Position numbers and translations under genes: made by a program
Origin: Gemmatimonadales bacterium
GTDB taxonomy: Bacteria > Gemmatimonadota > Gemmatimonadetes > Gemmatimonadales > GWC2-71-9
Length of the DNA stretch: 64,000 nucleotides
Direction: 5' to 3'
Assembly (NCBI GenBank): GCA_052389555.1
Contig: JBQTHV010000015.1
Coordinates: 1,492-65,491 of the forward strand
The notes under the pieces: generated by a model
The model's database searches: none
The model's input: the letters and a program-made list of their open reading frames with translations, nothing else
What the model was told of the DNA's origin: nothing
In this document: in pieces, positions 1 through 9,917 of the stretch
How the letters are laid out: every line of letters begins with the position of its first letter
Numbering within the stretch: position 1 is the stretch's first letter

Positions 1-135
1 TGGACGATTTCCCGGATATCGGGGGCGACCTCGACGACCGCCACCACCAGTACGTTGCTCACCCCTCCTTCGGAGGGGCAGCCTAACGTCGAGACCGCCG
101 CGACCAACGCGGCGAGGGGAGCGCGGAGCTTCATC
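1..135 (-). CDS. putative lipoprotein, N-terminal part only (gene runs off the left edge)
   Basis: ATG at 135-133 on minus strand. Translation MKLRAPLAALVAAVSTLGCPSEGG... has a signal peptide with a lipobox-like LGC. Too short for the ORF track. Confidence 0.3.
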
Positions 136-159
136 GAATACCGCGAAGGAACCTGCGCC

Positions 160-708
160 CTATAGACCGAACCCAAGTCCGGCCCGGATCATCGCGTAGC
201 CGGAAGGGAGATCACCGCGAACCTCAAAGTACTGTCCTCCTAGATCGGCGCTGAGACGGCTGCTCAACCGAAACAGCACGCCGCCGCCGCCGCCGTAGCC
301 GATACTGGTCTTCTCGAGATTGAAATCGGGCGAGCCACTGGTCAGCTTGCCGGCCCCGAACCGCCCCGCCACATAGAACGCCATCCCGCTTCCGGCCGCC
401 ACCACGAACCTTGGCTCCACGAACGCGAAGTTCAGCGCCAGCGTGGGCGGCGGGTCGCCCTCGGTGAAGGCAAAGACGCTGCTGCGCTGGAAGCCGCCTC
501 CCACCGACAACCGCCCGAACGTGTACCGCGCTTGCACCTCCCAGCCGAGCCGGCGCTTCGAGTTGTAAATCGGGTCGTCGCGCGTGGCGAAGAGCATCGC
601 GCCGGAGCCCTGCAGGGAAATCCGTTGGAGGGACTGGGCGGCCAGCGCCCCACCCGGGATGCCACCGAGGAGTGAAAGGGCAAGGATGAGCCGTGCGGGC
701 CTCTGCAT
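160..708 (-). CDS. small outer-membrane beta-barrel protein (OmpW/OmpA-like fold guess)
   Basis: 182-aa ORF with signal peptide MQRPARLILALSLLGGIPGGALA. Gly/Tyr/Phe-rich alternating strands and hydrophobic C-terminal end GLGFGL. Confidence 0.55.
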   Translation of the reverse strand: MQRPARLILALSLLGGIPGGALAAQSLQRISLQGSGAMLFATRDDPIYNSKRRLGWEVQARYTFGRLSVGGGFQRSSVFAFTEGDPPPTLALNFAFVEPRFVVAAGSGMAFYVAGRFGAGKLTSGSPDFNLEKTSIGYGGGGGVLFRLSSRLSADLGGQYFEVRGDLPSGYAMIRAGLGFGL

Positions 709-733
709 CTGGTTGATCGGGTCGATCCTCCCC

Positions 734-830
734 GGCTATTGGTTATTGGCCATTGGCTATGGAAAAAGCTCTGCGGGTTAGGCCGTTCAACCAATAGCCA
801 ATAGCCAATAGCCCTCAATAGCCAATAGCC
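734..830. repeat. heptamer-periodic inverted repeat (CTATTGG arm / CCAATAG arm)
   Basis: ggctattggttattggccattggctatgg (734-762) faces ccaatagccaatagccaatagccctcaatagccaatagcc (791-830). It abuts the stop of the upstream minus-strand gene. Confidence 0.85.
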
Positions 831-831
831 T

Positions 832-2268
832 CTACGGTACCGCTGTCAGCAATCTCGCTCCCTCGAACCGCCACCCCGCAGGGTCGCGGCGCAGCAAGCC
901 GACGAACTGGCCGGTCTTCCCCCTTTGCACGCCGAAGTCCCCGCGCCAGGCGAACTGCACCGAGAATCTCGCCTCTCCGCGGTCACCAGCAAGGGTCGTA
1001 CCCTCGAGGGCCCCCAGGGTAGCGCGAGGCGAATACTCCCGAACCAGTTTCATGAACTTCTCCCGCCGCTCCAGGTCACCGGCGATGCCTTCGGGCATGA
1101 GCCGCGCGACCTCGACCGCCTGCCTGCCGTTGATCGCCTGCACCAATCGGCCCGCCGCCTGGCCCACCGCCTCTGCCGCCATGGCCCGTTCCGCCTCAGG
1201 ATCCCGCGGCGGCGGTGACGGCTCTGGAGCCGGTGGCGGCGCGGGAACCGGTGCCGGCAACGAGGCAACTGGGGGTTGTACGCTCTCCCCCACCGGGGCG
1301 CTGATCACCGGTGTCCGATTGGCTGCCTGGAACGGGTTTTCGACCGGTGAGGCCGCTCGCCCGGCGGTGTCGCGCCGGAGGCCGGTGGGAACCGCAGGCG
1401 GATTGCTCGCCATCAGGCGAAGCAGGGAATCGAGGGTCGCCTGCACCAGCGCGGTGTCCGGCCCGGTCTGCCGGGCCACCGGTACCGGGCTGTCCTCCGC
1501 CTCGATGAAGATGAAGGCGGGCACCTGCGCCACCGCCGGCTGGGTGACCAGCACCCAGGCTGCGCTGGCACCGCTGAACCCGAAGGACCCTAACACGGCC
1601 TGAAAGAGATTGCGCTTCCGCTTGCGAAGCTGGTCGCGCTGAGCCTCGTCGGCCTCTTCGAGCTCGGGCGAGTACTTGAGGGGCACCGGTCCCCCTCCCC
1701 CCGACTGCCCGGTCGGCAACGCGAGTGTCTTCCCGTAGGGACCTGCCTCGGGCAGGAGCCAGAGCGGTGGGGTGAGCTTGTAGCGGCGCTCGGCCAGCGC
1801 CGCTTTGATCAGCAGCACGACCAGGACGACGAAACTCGCGAGCGACAAGGCGACGAGGGCGATCGGCAGCGCGGGCCGCTGGCCGAGCCGGGTCTGCTCG
1901 ATCTCGTCGAGGAGCAACATGCCGTCGGCCGGCTGCTGGGGCGCCTTGCGGGCCCGCACTTTGAGCGCGCCGCCGTCTCGGGGAAGCCGACCGGTGCGAA
2001 TCAGCAATCCCTCGGGATCGCTCGCGTCGATAATGCGGTAGAATCCGGAGCGCGCGCTCGGCGAGGTCGAACGGTAGTCGACGACATCACCTTCGAGGCG
2101 GACCTCGGCGGTACCCAGTGCTTCCCGCTTTGCCTTGAGATCCGCGATCCAGGACCGCTGCTTGGTGACCGGCGCACTCTGCAGCAGAACAGCCGCGGAA
2201 AGGAGGGACCACACCGGCAACGGCATCAAGGAAAGATAATCTCCCGGCTCGGGCTGCTTGAACACCAA
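832..2268 (-). CDS. hypothetical membrane protein with Pro-rich linker and C-terminal NTF2/SnoaL-like-looking module
   Basis: 478-aa ORF with hydrophobic segments (LVALSLASFVVLVVLLI) and the tract PAPVPAPPPAPEPSPPP. No recognisable catalytic motif. Confidence 0.55.
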   Translation of the reverse strand: MVFKQPEPGDYLSLMPLPVWSLLSAAVLLQSAPVTKQRSWIADLKAKREALGTAEVRLEGDVVDYRSTSPSARSGFYRIIDASDPEGLLIRTGRLPRDGGALKVRARKAPQQPADGMLLLDEIEQTRLGQRPALPIALVALSLASFVVLVVLLIKAALAERRYKLTPPLWLLPEAGPYGKTLALPTGQSGGGGPVPLKYSPELEEADEAQRDQLRKRKRNLFQAVLGSFGFSGASAAWVLVTQPAVAQVPAFIFIEAEDSPVPVARQTGPDTALVQATLDSLLRLMASNPPAVPTGLRRDTAGRAASPVENPFQAANRTPVISAPVGESVQPPVASLPAPVPAPPPAPEPSPPPRDPEAERAMAAEAVGQAAGRLVQAINGRQAVEVARLMPEGIAGDLERREKFMKLVREYSPRATLGALEGTTLAGDRGEARFSVQFAWRGDFGVQRGKTGQFVGLLRRDPAGWRFEGARLLTAVP

Positions 2269-2322
2269 GGAGACGACGGCTAAGTTTCAGCGTTGCACTT
2301 GGTTAGCTCACTCAACCCGACG

Positions 2323-2652
2323 ATGCCAACCTACGAATATCTCTGCCCCAAAGGGCACGAGTTCGATCGCTTCCAGAAGATCACGGATTCGGCGCGAGTC
2401 CGCTGCCCCACGTGTGGCCGGATTGCATCACGGCGGATCTCGGCCGGCGCCGGTCTCATTTTCAAAGGTTCCGGATTCTACATCACCGACTACGGCAAGG
2501 ACGGGAAAGGTCCCCGGAAGCCGGACCCGGACTCCAAAGCTGCCGAGCCCGGCACCGACCGGTCGACCACCCCGAAGAGCGAGGCCAAGACCGGCGACGG
2601 GAAGACCGGCAAGGCCGACTCCAAGTCTCACCGCAAGAAAGCCGCCTCGTGA
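2323..2652 (+). CDS. FmdB-family zinc-ribbon putative regulatory protein
   Basis: MPTYEYLCPKGHEF...VRCPTCG is the typical FmdB N-terminus, followed by a Lys/Pro/Asp-rich tail. The internal ATG at 2323 is preferred over the track start at 2293. Confidence 0.7.
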   Translation: MPTYEYLCPKGHEFDRFQKITDSARVRCPTCGRIASRRISAGAGLIFKGSGFYITDYGKDGKGPRKPDPDSKAAEPGTDRSTTPKSEAKTGDGKTGKADSKSHRKKAAS

Positions 2653-4283
2653 GCGAGGTAATCCGGGAGGCGCTCGCCCGCGTGGCTTCCGCGATGGGCG
2701 CGCCGGGTGCTGCGTTCATCCTGGAGCGCCCCCGGGAATCCGGCCATGGCGATCTCGCCACCAACCTCGCCATGGTGCTCGCGAGAGCCCGCAAGACTAA
2801 CCCGCGCAACGTTGCCGACGAGATCGTCGCGACCATCGATCTTCCTGAGGGCGTGGTGGCGCGTACCGAGATCGCCGGGCCAGGGTTCATCAATTTCTGG
2901 CTGGCCGAGGCCGAGCTGGCGGCGGCGCTCGCAACCATCATTGCGGCAGCGGATGGCTACGGCCGAGCCGACTTCGGGCGAGGCCTGCGGGTGAACGTGG
3001 AGTTCGTGTCTGCCAATCCTACCGGACCGCTTCACGTGGGACACGGTCGGGGGGCGGCCATCGGCGATGCCGTCGCCGATTTGCTGGCGTGGACCGGGCA
3101 CCCGGTAACCCGCGAGTTCTATATCAACGACGCGGGCGCGCAGATCGACCGGCTGGTCGAAAGCTTGTGGGCCCGGATCCAGCAGCTCCGCGGGATCCCC
3201 ACCGAGCTGCCCGAGGGTGGCTATCACGGCGAGTACTTGATCGAGGCGGCCGAGCGGGCCTTGCGCGCGCACGGCACCCGGATCGGCCCGGTGCGGGAGC
3301 AGGCCGCGCCGGTGCTCCGGCAGTTCATACTCAAGCTGCAGCGCCAGGAGCAGGATGAGCTGCTCAGGGACTTCGGGGTGCGGTTCGATCGGATCAGCTC
3401 CGAGCAGGCGCTCTACGACGAGAGCCGGGTTGCCGCCACCCTGGATGAGCTGGCGGACAAGGGACTCACCTACGAGCGAGACGAGGCGCTTTGGCTTCGG
3501 ACCGAGCTTCACGGCGATGACAAGGATCGGGTGCTCAGGAAGCGCGACGGCACGCTGACCTATCTGGTTCCCGATCTGGCCTATCACCGTGATAAGCATG
3601 AGCGCGGATTCGACCGGGTCATCGACGTGTGGGGCGCCGATCATCACGGCTACATTCCGCGCATGCGGGCGGCCCTGCGCGCGCTGGGCTACCCGGACGA
3701 TTTCTTCGAGGTCGTGCTGGTCCAGCTCGTCAAGGTGACCCGGGGCGGCGAAGAGGTGCGGATGTCGAAGCGGGCCGGCGATTACGTCACTTTGCGCGAT
3801 CTGCTCGACTGGGTCGGGGTGGATGCAGCGCGCTACTTCTTCCTGATGCGAAGGAGCGAAGCCCCCTTCGTGTTCGACGTGGATCTCGCGCGCCGGCAGT
3901 CCGAGGAGAACCCGGTCTTCTACGTGCAGATGGCCCACGCGCGGATGAGCGGAATCTTTCGGGTCGCCGGCCTGGTGCCCGAGGCAGCCGGCACCTCGGC
4001 CTCCCTCGACGCGCTCCCGGCCGCCGAGGACACCGCGGTGCTCAAACTGCTCACCCGCTTTCCCGAAACCGTCGCTGGGGCGGCCCGGGCCCGCGAGCCC
4101 CATCGCATCACCGGGTATCTGGAGGATCTGGCCCAGGCGGCGCACGCCTGGTACCATCGCTGCCGCGTGTTAGGAGAGCCGCGGCCGATCGAGCAGGCCC
4201 GCCTGGTGCTGGCCCGGGCCACCCGGCAGGTGATTGGCAACGGCCTCCGCCTGCTCGGGATCTCGGCCCCCGACCGGATGTGA
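2649..4283 (+). CDS. argS: arginine--tRNA ligase
   Basis: HIGH-type motif PTGPLHVGHGRGAAIGD and KMSKS-type MSKRAG. GTG start overlaps the upstream stop (GTGA). The track ORF 2412.. is 5'-extended. Confidence 0.95.
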   Translation: MSEVIREALARVASAMGAPGAAFILERPRESGHGDLATNLAMVLARARKTNPRNVADEIVATIDLPEGVVARTEIAGPGFINFWLAEAELAAALATIIAAADGYGRADFGRGLRVNVEFVSANPTGPLHVGHGRGAAIGDAVADLLAWTGHPVTREFYINDAGAQIDRLVESLWARIQQLRGIPTELPEGGYHGEYLIEAAERALRAHGTRIGPVREQAAPVLRQFILKLQRQEQDELLRDFGVRFDRISSEQALYDESRVAATLDELADKGLTYERDEALWLRTELHGDDKDRVLRKRDGTLTYLVPDLAYHRDKHERGFDRVIDVWGADHHGYIPRMRAALRALGYPDDFFEVVLVQLVKVTRGGEEVRMSKRAGDYVTLRDLLDWVGVDAARYFFLMRRSEAPFVFDVDLARRQSEENPVFYVQMAHARMSGIFRVAGLVPEAAGTSASLDALPAAEDTAVLKLLTRFPETVAGAARAREPHRITGYLEDLAQAAHAWYHRCRVLGEPRPIEQARLVLARATRQVIGNGLRLLGISAPDRM

Positions 4284-4287
4284 GCCC

Positions 4288-5208
4288 GTGAGTCTGCTCG
4301 TGGTCGGGAGCGTGGCCCTCGATTCGGTCTTCACGCCCTTCGGGGAAACCGCCGATGCGCTGGGCGGGTCGGCGGTCTACTTCAGCGTCGCGGCGTCCTA
4401 CCTCCATCCGGTGCGGGTCGTCGGGGTGGTCGGGGAGGACTATCCCGTCGAAGCGCTCGACCTGCTCGCGCCTCGGGGGATTGACTGGTCGGGCGTGGAA
4501 CGCGCGGGAGGGGAGAGTTTTCGCTGGAAGGGGAAGTACTCCTACGATCTCCAGCACCGGGAGACGCTCGAGACCCGGCTCGGTGTGTTCGCCTCGTTCG
4601 AGCCCAAGCTGCCGCCCGGCTGGCGCGACGCCAAGTATCTCTTCCTCGGCAACATCGATCCGTTGCTGCAGCTCCGGGTGCTGGAGCAGGTGACCACGCC
4701 CAGGCTGGTGGTGTGCGACACCATGAACTACTGGATCAAGAGCCAGAAGCCCGATCTGCTCACGCTGCTCCGGCGGGTGGACATTCTCCTGTTGAACGAC
4801 AGCGAGGCGCGCGAGCTCTCCGGCGACTGGAACATCCACCGGGCGGGCCGCTGGATCCTCGCTCGCGGTCCCAAGCGGCTGGTGGTCAAGCAGGGGGAAT
4901 ACGGCGCGCTGCTGATCGAGCCCGAGCGCACCTTCTACGTGCCGGCCTATCCGCTCGAGGAAGTCTTCGATCCCACCGGGGCGGGCGACGCCTTTGCCGG
5001 CGGGTTCGTCGGCTATCTCGCGCGGATGGACTCGGTCGAGCCGCGGCAGCTCCGGCGCGCGATGGTCTATGGGGCCGCCATGGGGGGATTCGCCGTGCAG
5101 GGCTTCGGGCTCAAGGGATTCGAAGGGCTCGACGCCGCCGCGGTCGAGCAGCGGGTGCAGGCGTTTGTCGACCTCACGCACGTCCCCGAAGCGGAACCGC
5201 TTCCGTGA
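4288..5208 (+). CDS. PfkB-family carbohydrate/nucleoside kinase
   Basis: Ribokinase-family signature DPTGAGDAFAGGF near the C-terminus. GTG start lies 5 nt after the argS stop. Confidence 0.85.
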   Translation: MSLLVVGSVALDSVFTPFGETADALGGSAVYFSVAASYLHPVRVVGVVGEDYPVEALDLLAPRGIDWSGVERAGGESFRWKGKYSYDLQHRETLETRLGVFASFEPKLPPGWRDAKYLFLGNIDPLLQLRVLEQVTTPRLVVCDTMNYWIKSQKPDLLTLLRRVDILLLNDSEARELSGDWNIHRAGRWILARGPKRLVVKQGEYGALLIEPERTFYVPAYPLEEVFDPTGAGDAFAGGFVGYLARMDSVEPRQLRRAMVYGAAMGGFAVQGFGLKGFEGLDAAAVEQRVQAFVDLTHVPEAEPLP

Positions 5209-6227
5209 GCGAGAACCGGTACGCCCGTGCGGGCGTCGATCTCGCCTGGGCCGACGCGGCCAAGGACCGAATCGCGGCGATGATCGCGCGGCAGCGGAGT
5301 CCGGCGGCGCTCGGCAAGGTGGGCGGGTTCGGCGGAATGGTGCGGATGCCGGAGGGGTACCAGTCGCCCATTCTGGTGATGAGCACCGACGGGGTGGGCA
5401 CCAAGGTCCTGGTCGCGCGCGCGGCGGGAGACTACTCCACCGTCGGCGAGGATCTCGTCAACCACTCGGTCAATGACATCCTTGTCCATGGCGCTCGGCC
5501 GCTGGCGTTCATGGACTACATCGCCGGCGCGGGACTCAGCGTCGAGCAGATCGAGGCCCTGGTCGCGGGTGTGCTGCGGGGCTCTCGCGCTCACGACATG
5601 GAGCTCGCGGGCGGCGAAACCGCGCAAATGCCGGATCTCTATCGCGCCGGGGAGTTCGACCTCGCCGGCACGATTGTCGGCGTCGTTGAGGAGGCGAAGG
5701 CAATCCATGGGAGCAGGATCGAGCCCGGCGATGTGCTGGTAGGCTATGAGTCCAGCGGGTTACACACCAATGGCTACTCCCTGGCGCGGAAGATTGTCTT
5801 CGAGGACCGGCACCTCGGCATCGATGACCCGCTGGGAGACACCGGCCAGACCGTGCGAGCAGCCCTGCTCGCCGTGCATCGGAGTTATTACCCCGCCGTG
5901 GCGCCGGTGCTGCACCTGGTGTCGGGCCTGGCTCATATCACCGGCGGGGGAATCCCCGGCAATCTCGTGCGGGTGCTGCCGGCAGGCTGCCAGGCCGTCG
6001 TCGAAGCGAACCGCTGGGAATGGCCGCCGCTCTTCCGTTTCCTCCAGGAAACCGGCCACGTCCCCGAGACCGAGATGCGAATGGTCTTCAACTTGGGGAT
6101 CGGATTCATCGCGGTGGCGCCGGCTCAGCGAGTGAACGCCGTTCAGGAGAGCGCGGCACGGTCCGGGATGGGGACTCGAGTGATCGGCGAGATCCGGCGC
6201 GGTGAGCGAGGCGTGCGGTTTGTCTGA
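5205..6227 (+). CDS. purM: phosphoribosylformylglycinamidine cyclo-ligase (AIR synthetase)
   Basis: N-terminus YARAGVDL..., STDGVGTK and GGGIPGNL motifs. GTGA overlap with the upstream gene. Confidence 0.95.
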   Translation: MSENRYARAGVDLAWADAAKDRIAAMIARQRSPAALGKVGGFGGMVRMPEGYQSPILVMSTDGVGTKVLVARAAGDYSTVGEDLVNHSVNDILVHGARPLAFMDYIAGAGLSVEQIEALVAGVLRGSRAHDMELAGGETAQMPDLYRAGEFDLAGTIVGVVEEAKAIHGSRIEPGDVLVGYESSGLHTNGYSLARKIVFEDRHLGIDDPLGDTGQTVRAALLAVHRSYYPAVAPVLHLVSGLAHITGGGIPGNLVRVLPAGCQAVVEANRWEWPPLFRFLQETGHVPETEMRMVFNLGIGFIAVAPAQRVNAVQESAARSGMGTRVIGEIRRGERGVRFV

Positions 6228-6643
6228 TGCCGCTTAGGCCGGAGACCCGGGCCCGGGCCCGCGCGCTTCAGCTGCTCTACGCTTGGGAAACCGCCGGCCA
6301 TCCGCCCCCTGAGCGCATGCTGCAGCGGCTCCATCGTCTTGCCGGGAACGATCCCCAGGTCCGCCGGCTTACCGATGAGCTGTTCAGCGGCGTCGTGGGG
6401 GAATGGCAGCGGCTCGACGCCACCATCGCGGAGGCCGCCGAGCACTGGCGCCTCGAGCGGCTCGCGCGGGTCGATCGCAACATCCTCCGGCTGGCGGTCC
6501 ATGAGCTGCTCCACCAGCGGGTCCCTCCCAAGGTGGCCATCGATGAGGCGCTCTGGCTCGCGCATCGGTTCGGCGGCGGGCAGAGCCCCGGGTTCGTGAA
6601 CGGCGTTCTCGATCGCATCGCCCGCTCGCTCGGACAACTGTGA
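6227..6643 (+). CDS. nusB: transcription antitermination factor NusB
   Basis: 138 aa with the RARALQLLYAWE... and NGVLDRIAR motifs typical of NusB. Confidence 0.9.
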   Translation: MPLRPETRARARALQLLYAWETAGHPPPERMLQRLHRLAGNDPQVRRLTDELFSGVVGEWQRLDATIAEAAEHWRLERLARVDRNILRLAVHELLHQRVPPKVAIDEALWLAHRFGGGQSPGFVNGVLDRIARSLGQL

Positions 6644-7770
6644 GAATCCTGCTGGTGAACTGGCAGGATCCGGAGAATCCGCATGCGGGGGGCGCGGAGC
6701 TGCATCTCATCGAGCTGTTCTCGCGACTGGCCGCCCTGGGTCACACGGTTCATCTCGTCTGTTCCGGATGGCCGGGCGCCGCGGCAGAGGCCGGCATCCG
6801 CGGCCTCACGGTCGAGCGGCACGGCGGGCGGCACAGCTTTGCGCTGGTCGCCCGGGGCGCGGTGCGGCGCGCCCTTGCGGCGCGATCCTGGGACATTGTG
6901 GTGGAGGACATCAACAAGCTGCCGCTCTTTCTGCCGCTGCTCACCGCCTTGCCGTTCTGCGCCATCGTGCCGCATCTCTTCGGCACCACCGCATTCCAGG
7001 AGGCGTCGTGGCCGATGGCCGCCGTCGTCAACCTGGCGGAGCGGCCGATTCCGCGCGTCTATCGCCGGGCGGCGTTCCACGCGATCAGCGAAAGCACCCG
7101 GGATGATCTGGTCGCACGGGGAGTCCGGGCCGAGCAGATTCAGGTGATTCACCCCGGCATCGATGCGGTGCACTACGCTCCGGCTCCCGGGCTTGACCGG
7201 ACCCGCGAGCCGACCTTCTTATACGTCGGCCGGCTGCGGCGGTACAAGGGCGTCGAGGTTGCGCTTCGCGCCCTTGCCCGGGCTCGGCGGCAGCGTCCGG
7301 ACCTGGTCCTGGAGATTGCGGGAACCGGTACCGATGAGGCTCGCTTGCGCCGGCTGGCGGACCGGTTGGGACTGCGGGGCGCGGTGCAGTTTCGCGGTTA
7401 CGTGGATGAGCCGCGGAAAGTCGAGTTGTTTCGCACCGCGTGGGCGAACCTGTTTCCGTCGCCCAAAGAAGGCTGGGGACTGACGGTGATGGAAGCCGCT
7501 GCCTGCGGAACGCCGTCGCTCGCGTCGGACAGTCCCGGCCTGCGCGATTCGGTTCAGCATGGCCGCACCGGATTCCTGGTGCCGCACGGCGACCCGGAGG
7601 CCATGGCCGCGCGCATGCTCGAGCTCGCCGCCGATCGGGAACTGGTGGAGCGGCTGGGCCGGGAGGCGCGCCGGCTGGCCCAGGCCTGGAGCTGGGATGA
7701 CGCCGCGGCCGCCACCGAGCGACAGCTCGTCGAGGCGACCGCCGGCCAGCACGAGGGGAGAAGGGGATGA
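6640..7770 (+). CDS. GT4-family glycosyltransferase
   Basis: GT-B fold pattern. C-terminal EGWGLTVMEAAACGTP (E-x7-E region). Confidence 0.85.
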   Translation: MRILLVNWQDPENPHAGGAELHLIELFSRLAALGHTVHLVCSGWPGAAAEAGIRGLTVERHGGRHSFALVARGAVRRALAARSWDIVVEDINKLPLFLPLLTALPFCAIVPHLFGTTAFQEASWPMAAVVNLAERPIPRVYRRAAFHAISESTRDDLVARGVRAEQIQVIHPGIDAVHYAPAPGLDRTREPTFLYVGRLRRYKGVEVALRALARARRQRPDLVLEIAGTGTDEARLRRLADRLGLRGAVQFRGYVDEPRKVELFRTAWANLFPSPKEGWGLTVMEAAACGTPSLASDSPGLRDSVQHGRTGFLVPHGDPEAMAARMLELAADRELVERLGREARRLAQAWSWDDAAAATERQLVEATAGQHEGRRG

Positions 7771-8096
7771 TGCGGACGACGATCACGGCCCGGCATTGTG
7801 AAGTGAGTGACGCGCTGCGCGCGCGAACCCGGAAGGTGGCCGCCCGGCTGGCTCAGCTTTCGCCTCACGCGCTCGAGGCGACCTTCGTGTTCGATGTCGC
7901 GCCGCTCTTCCATTCGGTGGAGATCCGCCTGCATGTCCGGGGCAAGCGGATGCTGATGGGCGTGGGCAAGGGACCCGACCATCGCACCGCGCTGGACCGC
8001 GCCGAGGAAAAGCTCCGCCCGCAACTGGTGAAATCGGCCGAGGTGCGCCAGCGGGCCCGGGGCCTGGGGGTACGAAAGGTCCGGCGATCCCCGTGA
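7767..8096 (+). CDS. hpf: ribosome hibernation promoting factor / RaiA family
   Basis: 109 aa, N-terminus ITARHCEVSDALRARTRKV. Sits immediately upstream of hprK, as in many rpoN-PTS regulatory loci. Confidence 0.75.
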   Translation: MMRTTITARHCEVSDALRARTRKVAARLAQLSPHALEATFVFDVAPLFHSVEIRLHVRGKRMLMGVGKGPDHRTALDRAEEKLRPQLVKSAEVRQRARGLGVRKVRRSP

Positions 8097-9058
8097 CCCT
8101 ACGCCCTCGCGATCTCCTCTCGCGCCGGGGAGATCCGCTCCAGCTCGAATCGCTCACCGGAGAGCAGGGGCTCGACCGTCCGCTCGCCAACCAGGATGTG
8201 GCGAATCCGGGGCTCGTCCTCGCGGGTTATGCCGACCGGTTCGTGCCCGACCGGGTGCACGTGTTAGGCGAAACCGAGATCGGCTACCTCCAGTCAATCG
8301 GCGAGGACGGGATCAAGCGTGCGCTGGAGCACTTCCTGGGGTTTGACCCGCCCTGCATCTTCGTGACCAAGGGACAGGAGGTGCCGCCGCTCCTGGTCAC
8401 CATGGCCAAGCTGCGCGGCATCCCGGTGCTCCGGAGCCGGCTCAAGACCGGCGAGTTCTACCGCCGGATCAAGCCGATCCTGGAGGATTCGTTCGCGCCG
8501 CGCACCACGGTGCACGGGTCGCTCGCTGACGTGTACGGGGTGGGGCTGCTCTTCACCGGGCGGTCCGGGATCGGGAAGAGCGAATGCGTGCTCGATCTGG
8601 TGGAGCGGGGCCACCGCCTGGTGGCCGACGACGTGGTGCTGATTACCCGCAAAGGGCAGGACGTCCTGATCGGCCAGGGCCATGAGCTCGCGGCGCACCA
8701 CATGGAGATCCGCGGCATCGGGCTGATCGACGTGAAGGCCCTGTTCGGGATTCGCGCGGTGCGGGCCCAGAAGCGGATCGAGGTGGTGGTCCAGCTGGAG
8801 GACTGGGAAAAGGCCCGCGACGCCGACCGGACCGGCCTAACCCGCCAGGAGGCCACCATCCTCGAGATCAAGATCCCCAAGGTGATCGTGGGCCTCAATC
8901 CGGGCAAGAACCTGACGGTGATTTCCGAAGTGGTGGCGATGGCCCACCTGCTCCGGATGACCGGGGTCGATATCGCCACCGCGTTCAACGACCGGTTGAT
9001 CCGGCGGATGATGGAGCAGCGGGGGCTGCGCGAGTACCTCCAGGAAGACTACGAATGA
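8093..9058 (+). CDS. hprK: HPr kinase/phosphorylase
   Basis: Walker A GRSGIGKSE followed by LVERGHRLVADD and the EIRGIG signature. Confidence 0.9.
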   Translation: MTLRPRDLLSRRGDPLQLESLTGEQGLDRPLANQDVANPGLVLAGYADRFVPDRVHVLGETEIGYLQSIGEDGIKRALEHFLGFDPPCIFVTKGQEVPPLLVTMAKLRGIPVLRSRLKTGEFYRRIKPILEDSFAPRTTVHGSLADVYGVGLLFTGRSGIGKSECVLDLVERGHRLVADDVVLITRKGQDVLIGQGHELAAHHMEIRGIGLIDVKALFGIRAVRAQKRIEVVVQLEDWEKARDADRTGLTRQEATILEIKIPKVIVGLNPGKNLTVISEVVAMAHLLRMTGVDIATAFNDRLIRRMMEQRGLREYLQEDYE

Positions 9059-9429
9059 GCGACCCCCTTCGGGGTGTGGTGGTGGCCCACGGCGATGTGG
9101 CCCGGGCCCTGGTGGGGGCCGCGGAGGAGATCAGCGGGCTGCGGGGGGCCCTCTCCGCCGTGTCGAACAGCGGGTTAGGGCGGGCCGAGCTGGAGCAGCG
9201 GGTTATGGAAGCGGTGGACGGGCATCCGGCCATCGTGTTCGTGGATCTGCCCAGCGGGAGCTGTCTCTTCGCGGCCATGCGGCGGGTGGCGGCGTTGCCG
9301 GTGGTGCGGGTGGTGACCGGCGTGAACTTGGTGATGCTGCTCGAATTCCTGTTTCATCGCGGCGAGCCCATCGACGAGGTGGTTCGGCGGACCGCCGAGA
9401 GCGGAGCCAAAGGCATCGGCGCGCGCTGA
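9055..9429 (+). CDS. PTS EIIA component, mannose/fructose family
   Basis: 124 aa, N-terminal VVVAHGD.. pattern with a conserved His region. Sits between hprK and EIIB. Confidence 0.8.
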   Translation: MSDPLRGVVVAHGDVARALVGAAEEISGLRGALSAVSNSGLGRAELEQRVMEAVDGHPAIVFVDLPSGSCLFAAMRRVAALPVVRVVTGVNLVMLLEFLFHRGEPIDEVVRRTAESGAKGIGAR

Positions 9430-9917
9430 TGTCCATCGTGCTCACCCGGGTCGATGACCGCCTGGTGCACGGCCAGGTGGTGATCGGGTGGGGCCGACCG
9501 CTGAGCCTCGAGCGCATCGTGCTGGTTGATCCGGAAGTGCGGGCGAGCTCTTGGGAGCAGGACCTCTATCGGATGGCGGCGCCGCCCGAAATTGCGCTGG
9601 AGTTTCTGAGCCCCGCCGAAGCGGCGCCCCGGATTCGGGGCTGGCAGGCCGGGCGGGAGCGCGTGATGGTCCTGTTGGGGTCGGTCGCCGCCGCGGCGGA
9701 GCTGGTGCGGCTTTCCTCGCCCGGAAGCGAGGGCGGCATTCGCCGCCTGAACCTGGGCGGCATCCACGCCGGCGCGGGCCGCACCGAGCGGTTGCGATAT
9801 CTCCACCTGTCCGAGGAGGAAACCGCCACGCTCGCGGACCTCGAACGCCGCGGTCTCCAAATCACCGCGCAGGATGTACCGACCTCGCGGCCGATCCCGC
9901 TTCGGGAGCTCGGATGA
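9429..9917 (+). CDS. PTS EIIB component, mannose/sorbose family
   Basis: N-terminus IVLTRVDDRLVHGQVV is the phospho-His signature of sorbose-type IIB. Confidence 0.85.
   Translation: MSIVLTRVDDRLVHGQVVIGWGRPLSLERIVLVDPEVRASSWEQDLYRMAAPPEIALEFLSPAEAAPRIRGWQAGRERVMVLLGSVAAAAELVRLSSPGSEGGIRRLNLGGIHAGAGRTERLRYLHLSEEETATLADLERRGLQITAQDVPTSRPIPLRELG

Noticed and set aside
2412-4283. 5'-extended ORF-track versions of real genes. Examples: argS from 2412, purM from 4713, EIIC from 9551, EIID from 10177, ptsH from 11151, ptsI from 11483, btuD from 18007, tadA from 25696, LigD-Pol from 30394, MoxR from 51321, BatA from 53996.
   Set aside because: The extensions overlap the preceding gene in another frame and encode low-complexity Arg/Pro/Gly sequence. 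Internal ATG/GTG codons that overlap the upstream stop give N-termini matching the protein families.
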